From an uncultured delta proteobacterium (GTDB lineage: Bacteria > Myxococcota_A > Polyangia > Polyangiales > Polyangiaceae), in the NCBI GenBank assembly GCA_963782055.1, contig CAWAIF010000003.1, positions 960,001-1,024,000 of the forward strand: a DNA stretch of 64,000 bases, given 5' to 3'. Of the stretch, positions 21,398 through 32,039 are shown piece after piece. The notes under the pieces are model-generated. The model searched no databases. It had not been told where the DNA came from and saw only the letters and a program-made list of their open reading frames with translations. The number at the start of each line of letters is the position of its first letter. Position 1 is the first letter of the stretch. The position numbers and the translations under genes were made by a program.

Positions 21398-21551
21398 GGC
21401 TGCACGCGGCGATGCCATCCCCCCGTCGGGCGTCAGGCCGCGCGCGAGCCGTGCGTCGGTGGTGCAGACATCGGTCTGTATCCCCCACACGGTAGCGGGG
21501 ACGCCTCACAAACCTGGAGGCGAGCGAGTTCGACTCTCGTTGCAGTCACCA
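21398..21551 (+). ncRNA. Atypical tRNA-like RNA or pseudo-tRNA; cloverleaf core 21474-21551
   Basis: T-arm GCGAG-TTCGACT-CTCGT followed by TGCAGTC-A-CCA; D-like arm CCCC-ACACGGTAGC-GGGG; stem CGCCTC/GAGGCG; acceptor partner GGCTGCA (21398) or GTCTGTA (21474). Confidence 0.6.
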
Positions 21552-21564
21552 CCCGCCCTCGCGC

Positions 21565-22377
21565 TCAGCCGAGGGCGAACACCCGCCGCGCGTTGCCGTC
21601 GAGGAACATCCCGCGCGCCTCGTCGTCCAGGCCCAGCGCGTCCAGGGCCTCCAGCGCCTTGTGCGGGAGGATCATGGGGTAGTTGGAGCCGAAGAGCACC
21701 TTCTTGCGGCCGCCGCCCTGCATGTAGCGCACGAGCTCCGGCGGGTAGCGCTTGCAGGTGTACGCCGAGGTGTCGATGTAGACGTTCGGGTACTTGCGGG
21801 CGAGGGCGATCATCTCCTCCGTCCACGGGTAGCCGATGTGCCCGGCCACGATGACCAGGTCGGGGAAGTCCAGCGCCACGTCGTCCAGGTACGGGATGGG
21901 CCGCCCCGGCTCGGAGGAGCGCAGCGGCCCGGTGTGCCCGGCCTGCGTGCAGAAGGGCACGCCCAGCTCCACGCACTCGGCGTAGAGCGGGTAGTAGCGC
22001 CGGTCGTTGGGTGGCAGCCCCCAGAGCCAGGGCAGCATGCGAAGTCCCTTGAAGCCCAGCTCCTTCACGCACCGCCGGAGCTCGCGGACCGCCCGCATCG
22101 GCTTGTGCAGATCGACCGACGCCACGCCGGCGAAGCGGGTGGGGTGCGCCGCCACCATGCGCGCCACCTCGTCGTTGGGGATGAGCGCGCCCTGCGGCCC
22201 GTGCCACGCCGAGAGGAGGGCGACCTCGACGCCGGCGGCGTCCATCGCGGCGAGCGTCATGTCCGCGGGGAGCTCCTCCTCGGGCACCTCCGTCCCCGTC
22301 CAGCGCAGGAGGGAGGCGAACATCTCGTCTTGCAGGAAGTGCCGTGTGGGGTGCTGGATCCAGGCGTCGATGGTCAT
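21565..22377 (-). CDS. Amidohydrolase 2 family protein
   Basis: GFKGLRMLPWLW, CTQAGHTGP, VAGHIGYPW, NVYIDTSAY, VLFGSNYP; ATGA overlap with upstream gene. Confidence 0.92.
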   Translation of the reverse strand: MTIDAWIQHPTRHFLQDEMFASLLRWTGTEVPEEELPADMTLAAMDAAGVEVALLSAWHGPQGALIPNDEVARMVAAHPTRFAGVASVDLHKPMRAVRELRRCVKELGFKGLRMLPWLWGLPPNDRRYYPLYAECVELGVPFCTQAGHTGPLRSSEPGRPIPYLDDVALDFPDLVIVAGHIGYPWTEEMIALARKYPNVYIDTSAYTCKRYPPELVRYMQGGGRKKVLFGSNYPMILPHKALEALDALGLDDEARGMFLDGNARRVFALG

Positions 22378-23486
22378 GGCTTGGCGGTGGCGACGGTGAG
22401 ATCGTCGAACCAGAAGCTCTGCGCGACGGGCGAGCCGTCGCCGATGTAGGGCAGCATCAGGAACTGGTCGAACTGCATGCTGGCGTGCGCCCCGGTGCGA
22501 AAGAGGATCTGGTCGGAGGAGAGCACCAGGTCCCCGTCCACGGCGAGCCGGATCTTGCCGTCGGGCATGCCGACACCGCCCTGGATGGAGTTGAGCGCGT
22601 AGTACGCCTCCATGTAGTGCCAGTCGTTCTTGAAGTGCGGGCCCGCGCCGTCGGTGAACCACGCCGCGCCGCCGTTGCCGCGCCAGGTGCGCGCGCTGTA
22701 CCACGGCGCGGTGTCGTTGCCGTTGACCGAGTAGCAATCACGCTGATCGAGGAAGCCCTGGAGCCCGTTGCACGAAGCGGCGGACCGGCTCTCGGTGAAC
22801 TTGTAGGACTTGAAGTCTCCGTTGCACCCCACGAAGGAGTCGTCGTTCTTCAGGACGCACGCGGGGTCGACGTTGCTCAGATCCTGGATGGCGAGGCGCG
22901 GGGAGCCGCCGCCGGCGACCCACACCACCTCGAAGTAGGTGGTGAGGTGCGTGCCCGCGGGGCCGACGTAGTCGGTGTCCTCGTTGGTCACCAGGTGCAT
23001 CATGTGGGGGTGGTACGGCTTGCCGGAGCCGACCCAGTTGCTCCCGAACTTGACCCAGACGCCGATGTAGACGCTCTGGCTCGGCGTGAACTTGTGGCGC
23101 GCGGGGGTGCCCCCCGTGCAGTTGGTGCCGCCCTTGGCGAAGGCGCACTCGAAGCTGCTGGTGCTGCCCTGGGCGTGCTCGCTCGTGACGACGCTTCCGC
23201 CGCTGGAGTCGTACCAGCCGCGCTTGGCGAACTGGGTGTCGTCGAAGTCTTCCTGGAAGAGGACGGTGCCGCCGGTCGGGATGCCGCCGGCGTCGCCGCT
23301 CGTGCCGCCGTCGGTGGGGGAGGGCGCGTCGGTCGCGGCGCCGTCGCCGGGGGTGCCGGCGTCGGGGGTGCCGGCGCCGTCGAGCGATGCGTCCGGGCCT
23401 GCGTCGGCGGTCTCGTCGGAGCCGGAGCTGCAGCCGGCGAGGAGGGCGAGCGCGAGGGCGAGGGCGGAGCAACGGAGTCGGTTCAT
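22374..23486 (-). CDS. Lipoprotein with putative polysaccharide-lyase/ConA-like domain
   Basis: Lipobox LAGC, DAG linker, LFQEDFDD, WHYMEAYYALNS, DGKIRL, FWFDDLTVAT. Confidence 0.72.
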   Translation of the reverse strand: MNRLRCSALALALALLAGCSSGSDETADAGPDASLDGAGTPDAGTPGDGAATDAPSPTDGGTSGDAGGIPTGGTVLFQEDFDDTQFAKRGWYDSSGGSVVTSEHAQGSTSSFECAFAKGGTNCTGGTPARHKFTPSQSVYIGVWVKFGSNWVGSGKPYHPHMMHLVTNEDTDYVGPAGTHLTTYFEVVWVAGGGSPRLAIQDLSNVDPACVLKNDDSFVGCNGDFKSYKFTESRSAASCNGLQGFLDQRDCYSVNGNDTAPWYSARTWRGNGGAAWFTDGAGPHFKNDWHYMEAYYALNSIQGGVGMPDGKIRLAVDGDLVLSSDQILFRTGAHASMQFDQFLMLPYIGDGSPVAQSFWFDDLTVATAKP

Positions 23487-23552
23487 CCGATCATGGTACG
23501 AGCGGCGTCGCTGAGTTCAAACCTTCTCCGGCCGCCGCAGGAGGGCCCTTGA

Positions 23553-23580
23553 TACTAGCATGCTAGCAAGCTAGTACGTT
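23553..23580 (+). promoter_or_regulatory. Triple-repeat palindromic operator overlapping a -10 box
   Basis: TACTAGCA-TGCTAGCA-AGCTAGTA, with TACGTT at 23575-23580. Confidence 0.7.
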
Positions 23581-23586
23581 CGCCGG

Positions 23587-23760
23587 ATGCCGGACGACGT
23601 GAAGCAGTTCAACGTCTACCTGCCCGCCGACCTGATCCGCGAGGTGAAGCACCACGCCGTCGAGACGGAGCAGTCGCTCTCGGCGATCGTCGCGGCGGCG
23701 CTGCGCGCTCACCTCGCCGCGCACCGGCCCAGGCGGCGCCCGCCCGGAAAGGAGAAGTGA
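23587..23760 (+). CDS. CopG/ribbon-helix-helix transcriptional regulator (57 aa, absent from the ORF track)
   Basis: [43 protein letters not shown]... Confidence 0.85.
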   Translation: MPDDVKQFNVYLPADLIREVKHHAVETEQSLSAIVAAALRAHLAAHRPRRRPPGKEK

Positions 23761-23761
23761 C

Positions 23762-24118
23762 ATGAAGACCGAGGGTATCGAGGCCGTCTTCCTGACGACC
23801 CACAACTGGGGCAAGGCGGCGAAGTTCTTCCAGGCGCTCGGCTACACGCTCGAGTTCGAGACCGACCACCACTCCGGCCAGCTCCGCAACGGCGCGGGGC
23901 CGTACCTGTTCATCGCCGAGGTGCCGGAGAGCGAGCCTGCGGACGTGCGGCTCGTCATGAAGGTCGCCGACGCCGCGGCGTTCCAGCCGGATCCCGTCGT
24001 GAAGGTCCTCACGCCGTTCCAGGACACGCACTGGGGCACGAAGGAGATGACGGTGGAGGATCCGGACGGGCGCGTCTGGAGCCTCCAGGCACCTGGCAGG
24101 CCCGGCGGGGGCGCGTGA
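23762..24118 (+). CDS. VOC/glyoxalase family protein
   Basis: NWGKAAKFFQALG, DTHWGTKEMTVEDPDGRVWSL. Confidence 0.9.
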   Translation: MKTEGIEAVFLTTHNWGKAAKFFQALGYTLEFETDHHSGQLRNGAGPYLFIAEVPESEPADVRLVMKVADAAAFQPDPVVKVLTPFQDTHWGTKEMTVEDPDGRVWSLQAPGRPGGGA

Positions 24119-24981
24119 GCGTCGTGCCGGAGGACGACACCGGGCCGGAGAGCACGGCGGCGCGGACCGCGCTGTGGCGGGCCCTGCATGTCGTGGCCGA
24201 CCCCGCGCCGCACGTCCTGGAGGACGAGCTCGGGCTCCGGCTGCTGGCGCCGGAGGACGACTGGCGCAGCCGCCCCGACATGGACGTGCGCTTCACGCGA
24301 CCCTTCCGCGCCGCGATCGTCGCGCGCGCGCGCTTCGTCGAGGACCTGGTGCTGGAACAGGCGGCGCGCGGCGTCGAGCAGTACGTCATCCTGGGAGCCG
24401 GGCTGGACACCTTCGCCCAGCGACGGCCGGAGAGCGCCTCGCGCGTGGTCGTCTTCGAGGTCGATCGACCTGGTCCTCAGGCATGGAAGCGCCGGCGTCT
24501 CGTCGAGCTGGGCCTCGGCGTCCCCTCCTCCCTGCGGCTCGTGCCCGTCGACTTCGAGGCGGGCGACGCGTGGTGGGAGCGGCTGGCGGCGCCGGGCTTC
24601 GACGCCACCAGACCCGCGGTCGTGGCCTCCGCGGGCGTCAGCATGTACCTCAGCAAGGGCGCGATCACCGCCACGCTGCGCCGCGCCGCCACGCTCGCGT
24701 CCGGCTCGACGCTGGTCATGACCTTCATGCTCCCGATCGACCGGGTGAGCCCGGAGGTGCGCGCCGGAATGGCCCGCGCGATGGAAGGTGCGCGCGCGAG
24801 CGGCACGCCGTTCGCCAGCTTCTTCACCCCGGAGGAGATGCTTGCGCTCGCGCGCGAGGCCGGCTTCCGGGACGTCGAGCACGTGTCCTCCGGCGCGATG
24901 GGGGAGCGCTACTTCGCGGGCAGGACCGACGGTCTTCGCCCGCCGGGCGCGTCGGAGGAGCTGCTGATCGCCCGGACGTGA
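24115..24981 (+). CDS. SAM-dependent methyltransferase (LCM/TIGR00027-like)
   Basis: TALWRALH, RARFVED, QYVILGAGLDT, FEVD, VPVDFE, GVSMYL. Confidence 0.9.
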   Translation: MSVVPEDDTGPESTAARTALWRALHVVADPAPHVLEDELGLRLLAPEDDWRSRPDMDVRFTRPFRAAIVARARFVEDLVLEQAARGVEQYVILGAGLDTFAQRRPESASRVVVFEVDRPGPQAWKRRRLVELGLGVPSSLRLVPVDFEAGDAWWERLAAPGFDATRPAVVASAGVSMYLSKGAITATLRRAATLASGSTLVMTFMLPIDRVSPEVRAGMARAMEGARASGTPFASFFTPEEMLALAREAGFRDVEHVSSGAMGERYFAGRTDGLRPPGASEELLIART

Positions 24982-24999
24982 CGGCGCGGTCCCGCGGGG

Positions 25000-25033
25000 T
25001 GTCCCCGGGACAGGTCGAAACTGTCCCCGGACA
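25000..25033. promoter_or_regulatory. Paired palindromes, putative enhancer-binding-protein sites
   Basis: TGTCCCCGGGACA (25000-25012) and TGTCCCCGGACA (25022-25033). Confidence 0.75.
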
Positions 25034-25076
25034 CCCCGCGTCGCGCCGCCACCGCGGAAAACGCCTGACTTCGCGC

Positions 25077-25092
25077 CGGCACGCGCCTCGCA
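25077..25092 (+). promoter_or_regulatory. sigma54 -24/-12 promoter of comM-recA
   Basis: CGGCACGCGCCTCGCA (GG-N10-GC). Confidence 0.78.
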
Positions 25093-25105
25093 ATGAGGGT
25101 CGGTC

Positions 25106-26653
25106 ATGCTGGCCACCGCCCTCAGCGCAAGTCTCCTCGGTCTGGATGCGTCGCCCGTTCGGGTGGAGGTCCAGGCGATGCGAGGCGTCCCCTCCTTCGA
25201 GATCGTCGGCCTCGCCGAGGCGTCGGTCCGCGAGAGCCGCGTGCGCGTCAAGAGCGCGCTCGCCGTGCTCGGGGTGGACCTGTCGGAGTACCGCATCATC
25301 GTCAACCTAGCGCCGGCGGACGTGCGCAAGTTCGGGACGGGGTTCGACGTCGCCATCGCCGCCGCCACCCTCGCCGCGCTGCGCGTCGTCCCGCTGGAGT
25401 CGCTGGAGGGGCTGCTGCTCCTGGGTGAGCTCGCGCTCGGCGGCAGCGTCCACACCGTGCGCGGCGTGCTCCCCAAGCTGCTCGGCGCGCGCAAGCGCGG
25501 CCTGCGCCGGGCCGTCGTGCCGGAGGGCAACCAGGCAGAGGGCGCGCTCGTCACCGGTCTGGACGTGCGCACCATGGGCTCGCTGGCCAATCTGCTCGGC
25601 GCCCTCCGCGGTGAGCACGCGCTCCCCCGGGCGATCCCCGGGCCGGAGCCGGAGGAGGCGCTCGCCGGCCTGGCGGACCTGGCGGACGTGCGCGGTCAGG
25701 CCTCCGCCCGTCGCGCGCTGGAGGTGTGCGCCGCCGGCGGCCACAACCTGCTGATGATCGGCCCGCCCGGCGCCGGCAAGACGATGCTCGCGCGCCGGCT
25801 GCCCAGCCTCCTGCCGCTCCTCTCCCCTGCGGAGTCGCTGGAGGTCACGGCCATCCACAGCGTGGCGGGCGCGCTCATGCAGACGCAGACGCTCCATCGG
25901 CTGCGCCCCTTCCGCGCGCCGCACCACACGGTGAGCGAGGTGGGGCTCGTCGGCGGGGGAGACTCGCCGCGCCCGGGGGAGGTGAGCCTCGCCCACCACG
26001 GCGTCCTCTTCCTGGACGAGCTGCCGGAGTTCCGGCGCGCGGCGCTGGAGTCGCTGCGCCAGCCGCTGGAGGACGGGACGGTCACCGTCTCGCGCGCGCT
26101 CGGCCGCGCCACCTTCCCCGCCCGGCCGATGGTCGTCGCCGCGATGAACCCGTGCCCGTGCGGTTACCTGGCGGACGGCACCGGCCGCTGCGGCTGCCCG
26201 CCGGAGCGCGTGCGCATGTACCGCTCGCGCCTGAGCGGCCCGCTGCTGGATCGCATCGACGTCCACGTCGCGCTGCCGCCGGTCTCGGTCTCGGCCCTGC
26301 AGCACCAGACCCACGGCGAGTGCTCCGCCGTGGTGCGCGCCCGGGTGGAGCGCGCGAGGGAGGCGCAGAGCGACCGCGCTCGCCGCAAGGAGGCGAGCGG
26401 GTGGCTCAACTCCGCCCTCTCCCCGCACGACGTGGAGAAGCTCGCGGCCCTCTGTCCACACGGAGAGCGGCTGCTCTCCGCGGCGGTGCAGCGCCTCGGC
26501 CTGTCCGCCCGGGCGTACGGCAAGGTGCTGCGCGTCGCGCGCACCATCGCCGACCTGGACGGCAAGGAGGCGCTCGGCCCGGAGCACGTGGCGGAGGCGA
26601 TCTCCCTGCGCGTGCTGGACCGCCACGCCCACCCCGGAGTGCGGGCCGCATGA
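25106..26653 (+). CDS. comM: YifB/ComM family Mg-chelatase-like AAA ATPase
   Basis: [67 protein letters not shown]. Confidence 0.95.
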   Translation: MLATALSASLLGLDASPVRVEVQAMRGVPSFEIVGLAEASVRESRVRVKSALAVLGVDLSEYRIIVNLAPADVRKFGTGFDVAIAAATLAALRVVPLESLEGLLLLGELALGGSVHTVRGVLPKLLGARKRGLRRAVVPEGNQAEGALVTGLDVRTMGSLANLLGALRGEHALPRAIPGPEPEEALAGLADLADVRGQASARRALEVCAAGGHNLLMIGPPGAGKTMLARRLPSLLPLLSPAESLEVTAIHSVAGALMQTQTLHRLRPFRAPHHTVSEVGLVGGGDSPRPGEVSLAHHGVLFLDELPEFRRAALESLRQPLEDGTVTVSRALGRATFPARPMVVAAMNPCPCGYLADGTGRCGCPPERVRMYRSRLSGPLLDRIDVHVALPPVSVSALQHQTHGECSAVVRARVERAREAQSDRARRKEASGWLNSALSPHDVEKLAALCPHGERLLSAAVQRLGLSARAYGKVLRVARTIADLDGKEALGPEHVAEAISLRVLDRHAHPGVRAA

Positions 26654-26751
26654 GGCGCGGTCGCAAGTCCGGCGCCGGACCGAAGGATCAGCGCGGCGCG
26701 CCCCGAGCCGCGCACCACTCTCGCGGGGCATTGCACACCAAGGAGAAGGTC

Positions 26752-27783
<1,032 letters not shown>

Positions 27784-27810
27784 GCCGCGCTCGCGTCGGG
27801 TGGCGGCGAA

Positions 27811-27849
27811 CCCCCGCGGGACCGGATACTCCCCCCGGTCCCGCGGGGG
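27811..27849. terminator. 15-bp-stem hairpin between convergent recA and hydrolase genes
   Basis: CCCCCGCGGGACCGG-loop-CCGGTCCCGCGGGGG. Confidence 0.7.
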
Positions 27850-27871
27850 ACCGTGCCTCCAACCTGCAGCG

Positions 27872-28807
27872 CTAGCCTCGCGGCGCAGGAATGGACGCGT
27901 GCGCGGGCGGCGCCTCCCGTTCCCGCTCCGGCGCCGCCACCCGCCGGGGAGGGAGCTCCGGTCCGGCGAGGAAGGTGTCCACCTCCTGCGCCAGCGCCTC
28001 GGGCACCTCGTTCGCGAGGGAGTGGCGCGCGTCGCGGAAGACGTGAAGCCGCGCGCGCGGGAGCATCTTCACCAGGCGCTTGACCCCCGCGCCCATGCCC
28101 AGGCCGTGATCCTGATCGCCCCAGAGCAGGAGCGTCGGCTGGGCGATCTGGTGGGCGATGGGGAACAGGGAGGTGAGCACCTGCTCGCGCCCGAGCTCGA
28201 AGTACATGCGCACGAAGGCGCGACCGTGCACCTCGCGGAAGTGGGCGAAGGCCTCGCGCAGGGCGTTCTCCCGGCCGGGCCAGCGCGGGTGGTACCAGAA
28301 GCGCGACTGGATCCACACCATGGGCCAGAACATGACGCGGTTGCCGAGCAGGCGGCCGATGAGGGCCAGCCCGTGCTTCGGCTCCCACACGCCGGCAGGC
28401 GCCCAGGCGGCGAGGCGGCGGAAGCGCTCCGGCTCGCGGTGACCGAGGCGGAGGGTGAGGTTTCCCCCCAGGCTCCCGCCCGCGACGTGGGCCTCGTGGA
28501 TCTGCAGGTGATCCAGGAGGCCGAGCACCGCGTCCTCCATGAAGGTGAGGGTATAGGGCCTGTCCGGCTTGTCGGAGTAACCGTTACCCGGCAAGTCCAG
28601 CACGATGACCCGGCGGCGGGCGCCCAGCACGGGCACCAGCTCCTCGTACTCCTCGATGCGGGAGGCGAGCCCGTGGAGCAGAACGACCGGCGGCTGCTCG
28701 CTCTCGGTGCCGGGTGGCACGTCGATGTAGCGGACCCGGACCCCGCCGGCGACTTCTGCGTCGCGCTGGGGGTAGCGCGTGGAACGGACGCGCCCGGGTC
28801 GCCTCAT
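27872..28807 (-). CDS. Alpha/beta-fold hydrolase
   Basis: VVLLHGL, DLPGNGYS, GGSLGG, PTLLLWGDQD, ARHSL; start uncertain. Confidence 0.9.
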   Translation of the reverse strand: MRRPGRVRSTRYPQRDAEVAGGVRVRYIDVPPGTESEQPPVVLLHGLASRIEEYEELVPVLGARRRVIVLDLPGNGYSDKPDRPYTLTFMEDAVLGLLDHLQIHEAHVAGGSLGGNLTLRLGHREPERFRRLAAWAPAGVWEPKHGLALIGRLLGNRVMFWPMVWIQSRFWYHPRWPGRENALREAFAHFREVHGRAFVRMYFELGREQVLTSLFPIAHQIAQPTLLLWGDQDHGLGMGAGVKRLVKMLPRARLHVFRDARHSLANEVPEALAQEVDTFLAGPELPPRRVAAPEREREAPPAHASIPAPRG

Positions 28808-28952
28808 CTCCTTAACTTGGGGACTAGACCGCGCGCGCGCCACTCATGACGTGCGTGTCATGTCGCTTTGCGCGAAGCGCGGCGGCTCGCCGCGCACGCG
28901 ATTCGTCGCCGAGGCCTGCGCGCTCGGGCTCCGGGCGCGCTAAGCTCAGGAG

Positions 28953-29375
28953 ATGGTGCGCAGTCTCCGCTGGCTCGTCCTCGTCGCCGTCTCCGGTTGC
29001 GGCAGTCCTGGCTGGACCTCCACCTTCGACGGGACGGCGGTCCGGACGAACTCCTCCCACGGCTGCGACCCCATCGGCTCGGTGCGCCCGCCGCCTCCGA
29101 TCACCGTGACCTTCCCGGATGCAGGCGGCGGCAGCCGCGCCGTTCACGTGGTGTCGGGTGGGGCCTCGTGCGACATGAGGATCGACAGCTCCGACTACAA
29201 CGTGAGCTTCGTGAGCGACGCCATCCCGTGTGGGTCGCTGCTTGCGCCCCAGCCGCCGACGACCGGGCAGGCCACGATCGAGGGCGGCGACTCCCCCACG
29301 CACATCGTGTTCGCGTGGGCGTACCTCGGACCGGGCTGCTCGGTCACCGACGACTACACCCTCCAGGGGAAGTGA
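28953..29375 (+). CDS. Small lipoprotein, hypothetical
   Basis: Lipobox VSGC; four further Cys. Confidence 0.7.
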   Translation: MVRSLRWLVLVAVSGCGSPGWTSTFDGTAVRTNSSHGCDPIGSVRPPPPITVTFPDAGGGSRAVHVVSGGASCDMRIDSSDYNVSFVSDAIPCGSLLAPQPPTTGQATIEGGDSPTHIVFAWAYLGPGCSVTDDYTLQGK

Positions 29376-29459
29376 CGCTCGGCGGATCGTCAGCGTGCTT
29401 GCGGTCCGGCGATTGCCGGTACGCCGGCGGTGTGGCCCGCCCGCCGGCAGCCCGCCCGC

Positions 29460-30809
29460 TCACCCGGCCAGCGGCTCCCGGCACTTCTCCGGCAGGCTGG
29501 AGGTCTCCTTCGAGCGGTCCAGCGCCACCTTGAAGACGACCGGCCCGACCAGCTGATTGAGCGCCACGGTCGCGATCACCAGCGACCTGAAGGAGGCGCC
29601 GAAGCTGGGGTTCTCGCGGTCGATGTTGGCGGCGATGCCCAGCGCCACGCCGGCCTGCGACACCAGCGCCGACCAGCCCCAGCGGGAGAGCACCGGCGGG
29701 TCGCGCGCGAGCCGCGCCCCCAGCGCGTTGAGGCCCACGGTGACCGCGAAGCGCGCGACGAAGAGGATGAGCGCCACCGCCCAGAGCGGCCGCAGGAGCG
29801 GGAGGTCGAGCTGCGCCCCGGCGATGGCGAAGAAGCTGACGTACACGACGCTCCCCATGTCCTCGATGGCGCCGAGGAACCTCTCGCCCTGCCTGGAGAG
29901 GTTCTGCACCAGGAAGCCGGCGACGAGAAAGGTGAGCAGCGGCTCGAAGCGCAGGTAGTTGATGACCTCGGTGAAGCCGAAGCCGAGCGCGAGGAGCACC
30001 ACCAAGAACTGGCGCCGGACGAAGCGCAGGTAGGCGACGATGACCAGGCCGAGGGTGGTGCCGATGGAGACGCTGCCGAGGACCTCGTGCCAGAGGATCT
30101 CGAACTCGGCGGTGGAGAGGCTGGCGCCTGGCTCGAGCAGCGGCCGGACGAAGGTCATCACCGCCGCCGCGACGACGATGACGACGACGTCGGAGGTCAT
30201 GACGAAGGCGAGGGAGAAGCGGGTGAGCGGCCCGCGCGCGCGCGTCTGCGAGAGGATGCCCAGGGTGGCCGCGGGGCTGCGGGTGATCGACATGACACCC
30301 CAGAGCAGCGCCACACCCGCGACGAAGGCGACCGGGCGATCGTGCATGAAGGGCATCAGCGGGGAGGCGGCGGCGAAGACGAGGGCGGTGCCCACGATGC
30401 CGAGCACGCTCTGCACGCCCGTCGCGACGAGCAGGCTGCGGAAGCCCTGGCGCACCAGGTCGAGCTTGAGCTCCGCGCCGCCGGCGAAGGCGATGAGCGC
30501 GAGGGCGAGGGTGTCGACGGGGCGCAGCGCGTCGACCGTGTGCCTGTCGACGAGGCCGAGGACGTACGGGCCGGCGAGCACGCCCACAGCCAGGTACGCG
30601 GTGAGGTGCGGGACGCCCAGCGGCTCCAGGAGCTCGCCGAAGAGCGTGCCGGCGGTGAGGAAGAAGCCGAGCGCCGAGATGGTGGAGACGTCGGCCTGGC
30701 CGTCGAGGCGCAGGTGCCTCGCGCCGTACAGGACGCCGAAGCACACCAGGAGCGCCGCGAGCTGGATGATCCTCGTGCCGCCGGCGGCGGGACGCGCCGT
30801 CGCGCTCAC
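29460..30809 (-). CDS. Cation:proton antiporter (CPA2-like)
   Basis: GVPHLTAYLAVGVLAGP, IAFAGGAEL, SPAAT, FFAIAGA, SQAGVALG. Confidence 0.85.
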   Translation of the reverse strand: MSATARPAAGGTRIIQLAALLVCFGVLYGARHLRLDGQADVSTISALGFFLTAGTLFGELLEPLGVPHLTAYLAVGVLAGPYVLGLVDRHTVDALRPVDTLALALIAFAGGAELKLDLVRQGFRSLLVATGVQSVLGIVGTALVFAAASPLMPFMHDRPVAFVAGVALLWGVMSITRSPAATLGILSQTRARGPLTRFSLAFVMTSDVVVIVVAAAVMTFVRPLLEPGASLSTAEFEILWHEVLGSVSIGTTLGLVIVAYLRFVRRQFLVVLLALGFGFTEVINYLRFEPLLTFLVAGFLVQNLSRQGERFLGAIEDMGSVVYVSFFAIAGAQLDLPLLRPLWAVALILFVARFAVTVGLNALGARLARDPPVLSRWGWSALVSQAGVALGIAANIDRENPSFGASFRSLVIATVALNQLVGPVVFKVALDRSKETSSLPEKCREPLAG

Positions 30810-32035
30810 GAGGGCTCTCCTTCGGCCGCGGGCGCCGGAGCCGGCGCGGGCGCGTGCAGCTCGCCGGCGCGGCGGAGCGAGGCGCGGAGCGCCGGCGGCC
30901 CCAGGAGCTCGCCCGCGATGCACACCGCCGCAGCGGACGCGAGGATGAGGTCGCCGGTGCCCCCGTGGAAGCGCAGGTCGCAGAGCAGGCCGATGCACAT
31001 GGAGAGGCCGCCCGACGACATCATCGCCAGCCCGACGAGCCCGCCAGCGGGCCGCGCCGGCGCGTACAGCCGGGAGACGACGGTGCCGAGGACGTACTTG
31101 GAGGCGATGCGCGCGGCGATGGCGACGCCGATGATGGCGGCCATCGCCGGCAGGCGGTGGGCCTGGATGCGCACCCCGCAGAGGATGAGGATCGGCAGTA
31201 GCGCCGAGCGCTCCGTCGCCACCACCATCGCCCGCACCTCGCCCGCGTGGCGCGAGACGGCGGCGATGGTGACGCCGGTGACGAACATGACGGCCACCAC
31301 GGGCAGGCCCGCGCGGAACGAAACGCCGATGCCGAGCAGCGAGGTGCCCAGGATGACGCCCCACGTCTCGCGCAGCCGGAACTCGCGCCCGATGAGCGCG
31401 GCGCACAGGCCGCCGAGCACGATGCCCAGACCGACCGTGGCCGGCACCAGGAGGCGATGGTCGATGGGCGCGCCGGCCGGCCGGGGCGCGAGCGCGAACA
31501 CCGCCACCACCGCCGCGATGGGCACGAAGTCCTCCGCGTCGGCGAGATCCCGCAGCAGCTCGAAGAGCGAACCGCGCGCGCCGTGGCGCTCCTCCACCCA
31601 CCGCATCACGTGGCGGGTGGTCTCGGTGGAGGTCGCGGCGATGCCGACCGCGAGCACCAGCCGGCTGTCCGCCAGCCGTGGCGCGAGGTGCGGCACGGCG
31701 TAGTACACCGCCACGGCGACCGCGGCCCCCGACGCACTTCCCCACGCCAGCGAGAGCGCGACGCGTCGACCCGGAACGCGCCCGCGCGGACCCCGGGCGA
31801 AGGCGAGGCCCTCCACCAGCAGCAGCCACCCCAGCCCCACCACGACGACGGGCTCGACCGAGTCGATGAGGGAAGGGGAGATGACGCCCAGCGCGTGCGG
31901 CCCCAGGAGAAAGCCGAGCACGACCCACTCCACGCTGGACGGCAGGCCGACGCCACGCAGCGCCCGGTCGCCCACCAGGAAGCTGCCCAGGTACGAGACC
32001 AGGAGCAGCCCCATCAGCAGGAGCAGCGAGCTCAC
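30806..32035 (-). CDS. Divergent cation:proton antiporter-like membrane protein
   Basis: WVVLGFLLGPHALG, many TM segments; GTGA overlap with the downstream antiporter. Confidence 0.7.
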   Translation of the reverse strand: MSSLLLLMGLLLVSYLGSFLVGDRALRGVGLPSSVEWVVLGFLLGPHALGVISPSLIDSVEPVVVVGLGWLLLVEGLAFARGPRGRVPGRRVALSLAWGSASGAAVAVAVYYAVPHLAPRLADSRLVLAVGIAATSTETTRHVMRWVEERHGARGSLFELLRDLADAEDFVPIAAVVAVFALAPRPAGAPIDHRLLVPATVGLGIVLGGLCAALIGREFRLRETWGVILGTSLLGIGVSFRAGLPVVAVMFVTGVTIAAVSRHAGEVRAMVVATERSALLPILILCGVRIQAHRLPAMAAIIGVAIAARIASKYVLGTVVSRLYAPARPAGGLVGLAMMSSGGLSMCIGLLCDLRFHGGTGDLILASAAAVCIAGELLGPPALRASLRRAGELHAPAPAPAPAAEGEPS

Positions 32036-32039
32036 GGGC

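Noticed and set aside
21446..21477. GAGCCGTGCG...CGGTCT as group II intron domain V
   Set aside because: Pairing, length and bulge deviate from domain V; no reverse transcriptase and no other intron domains seen
21090..21551. tmRNA or RNase P RNA
   Set aside because: No GGGG-type tmRNA 5' end with G3-U70, no tag frame and no GAGGAAAGTCC signature
20990..21682. Short ORFs in the 21.1-21.5 kb gap
   Set aside because: Atypical codon usage, no recognisable motifs, and overlap with the tRNA-like structure
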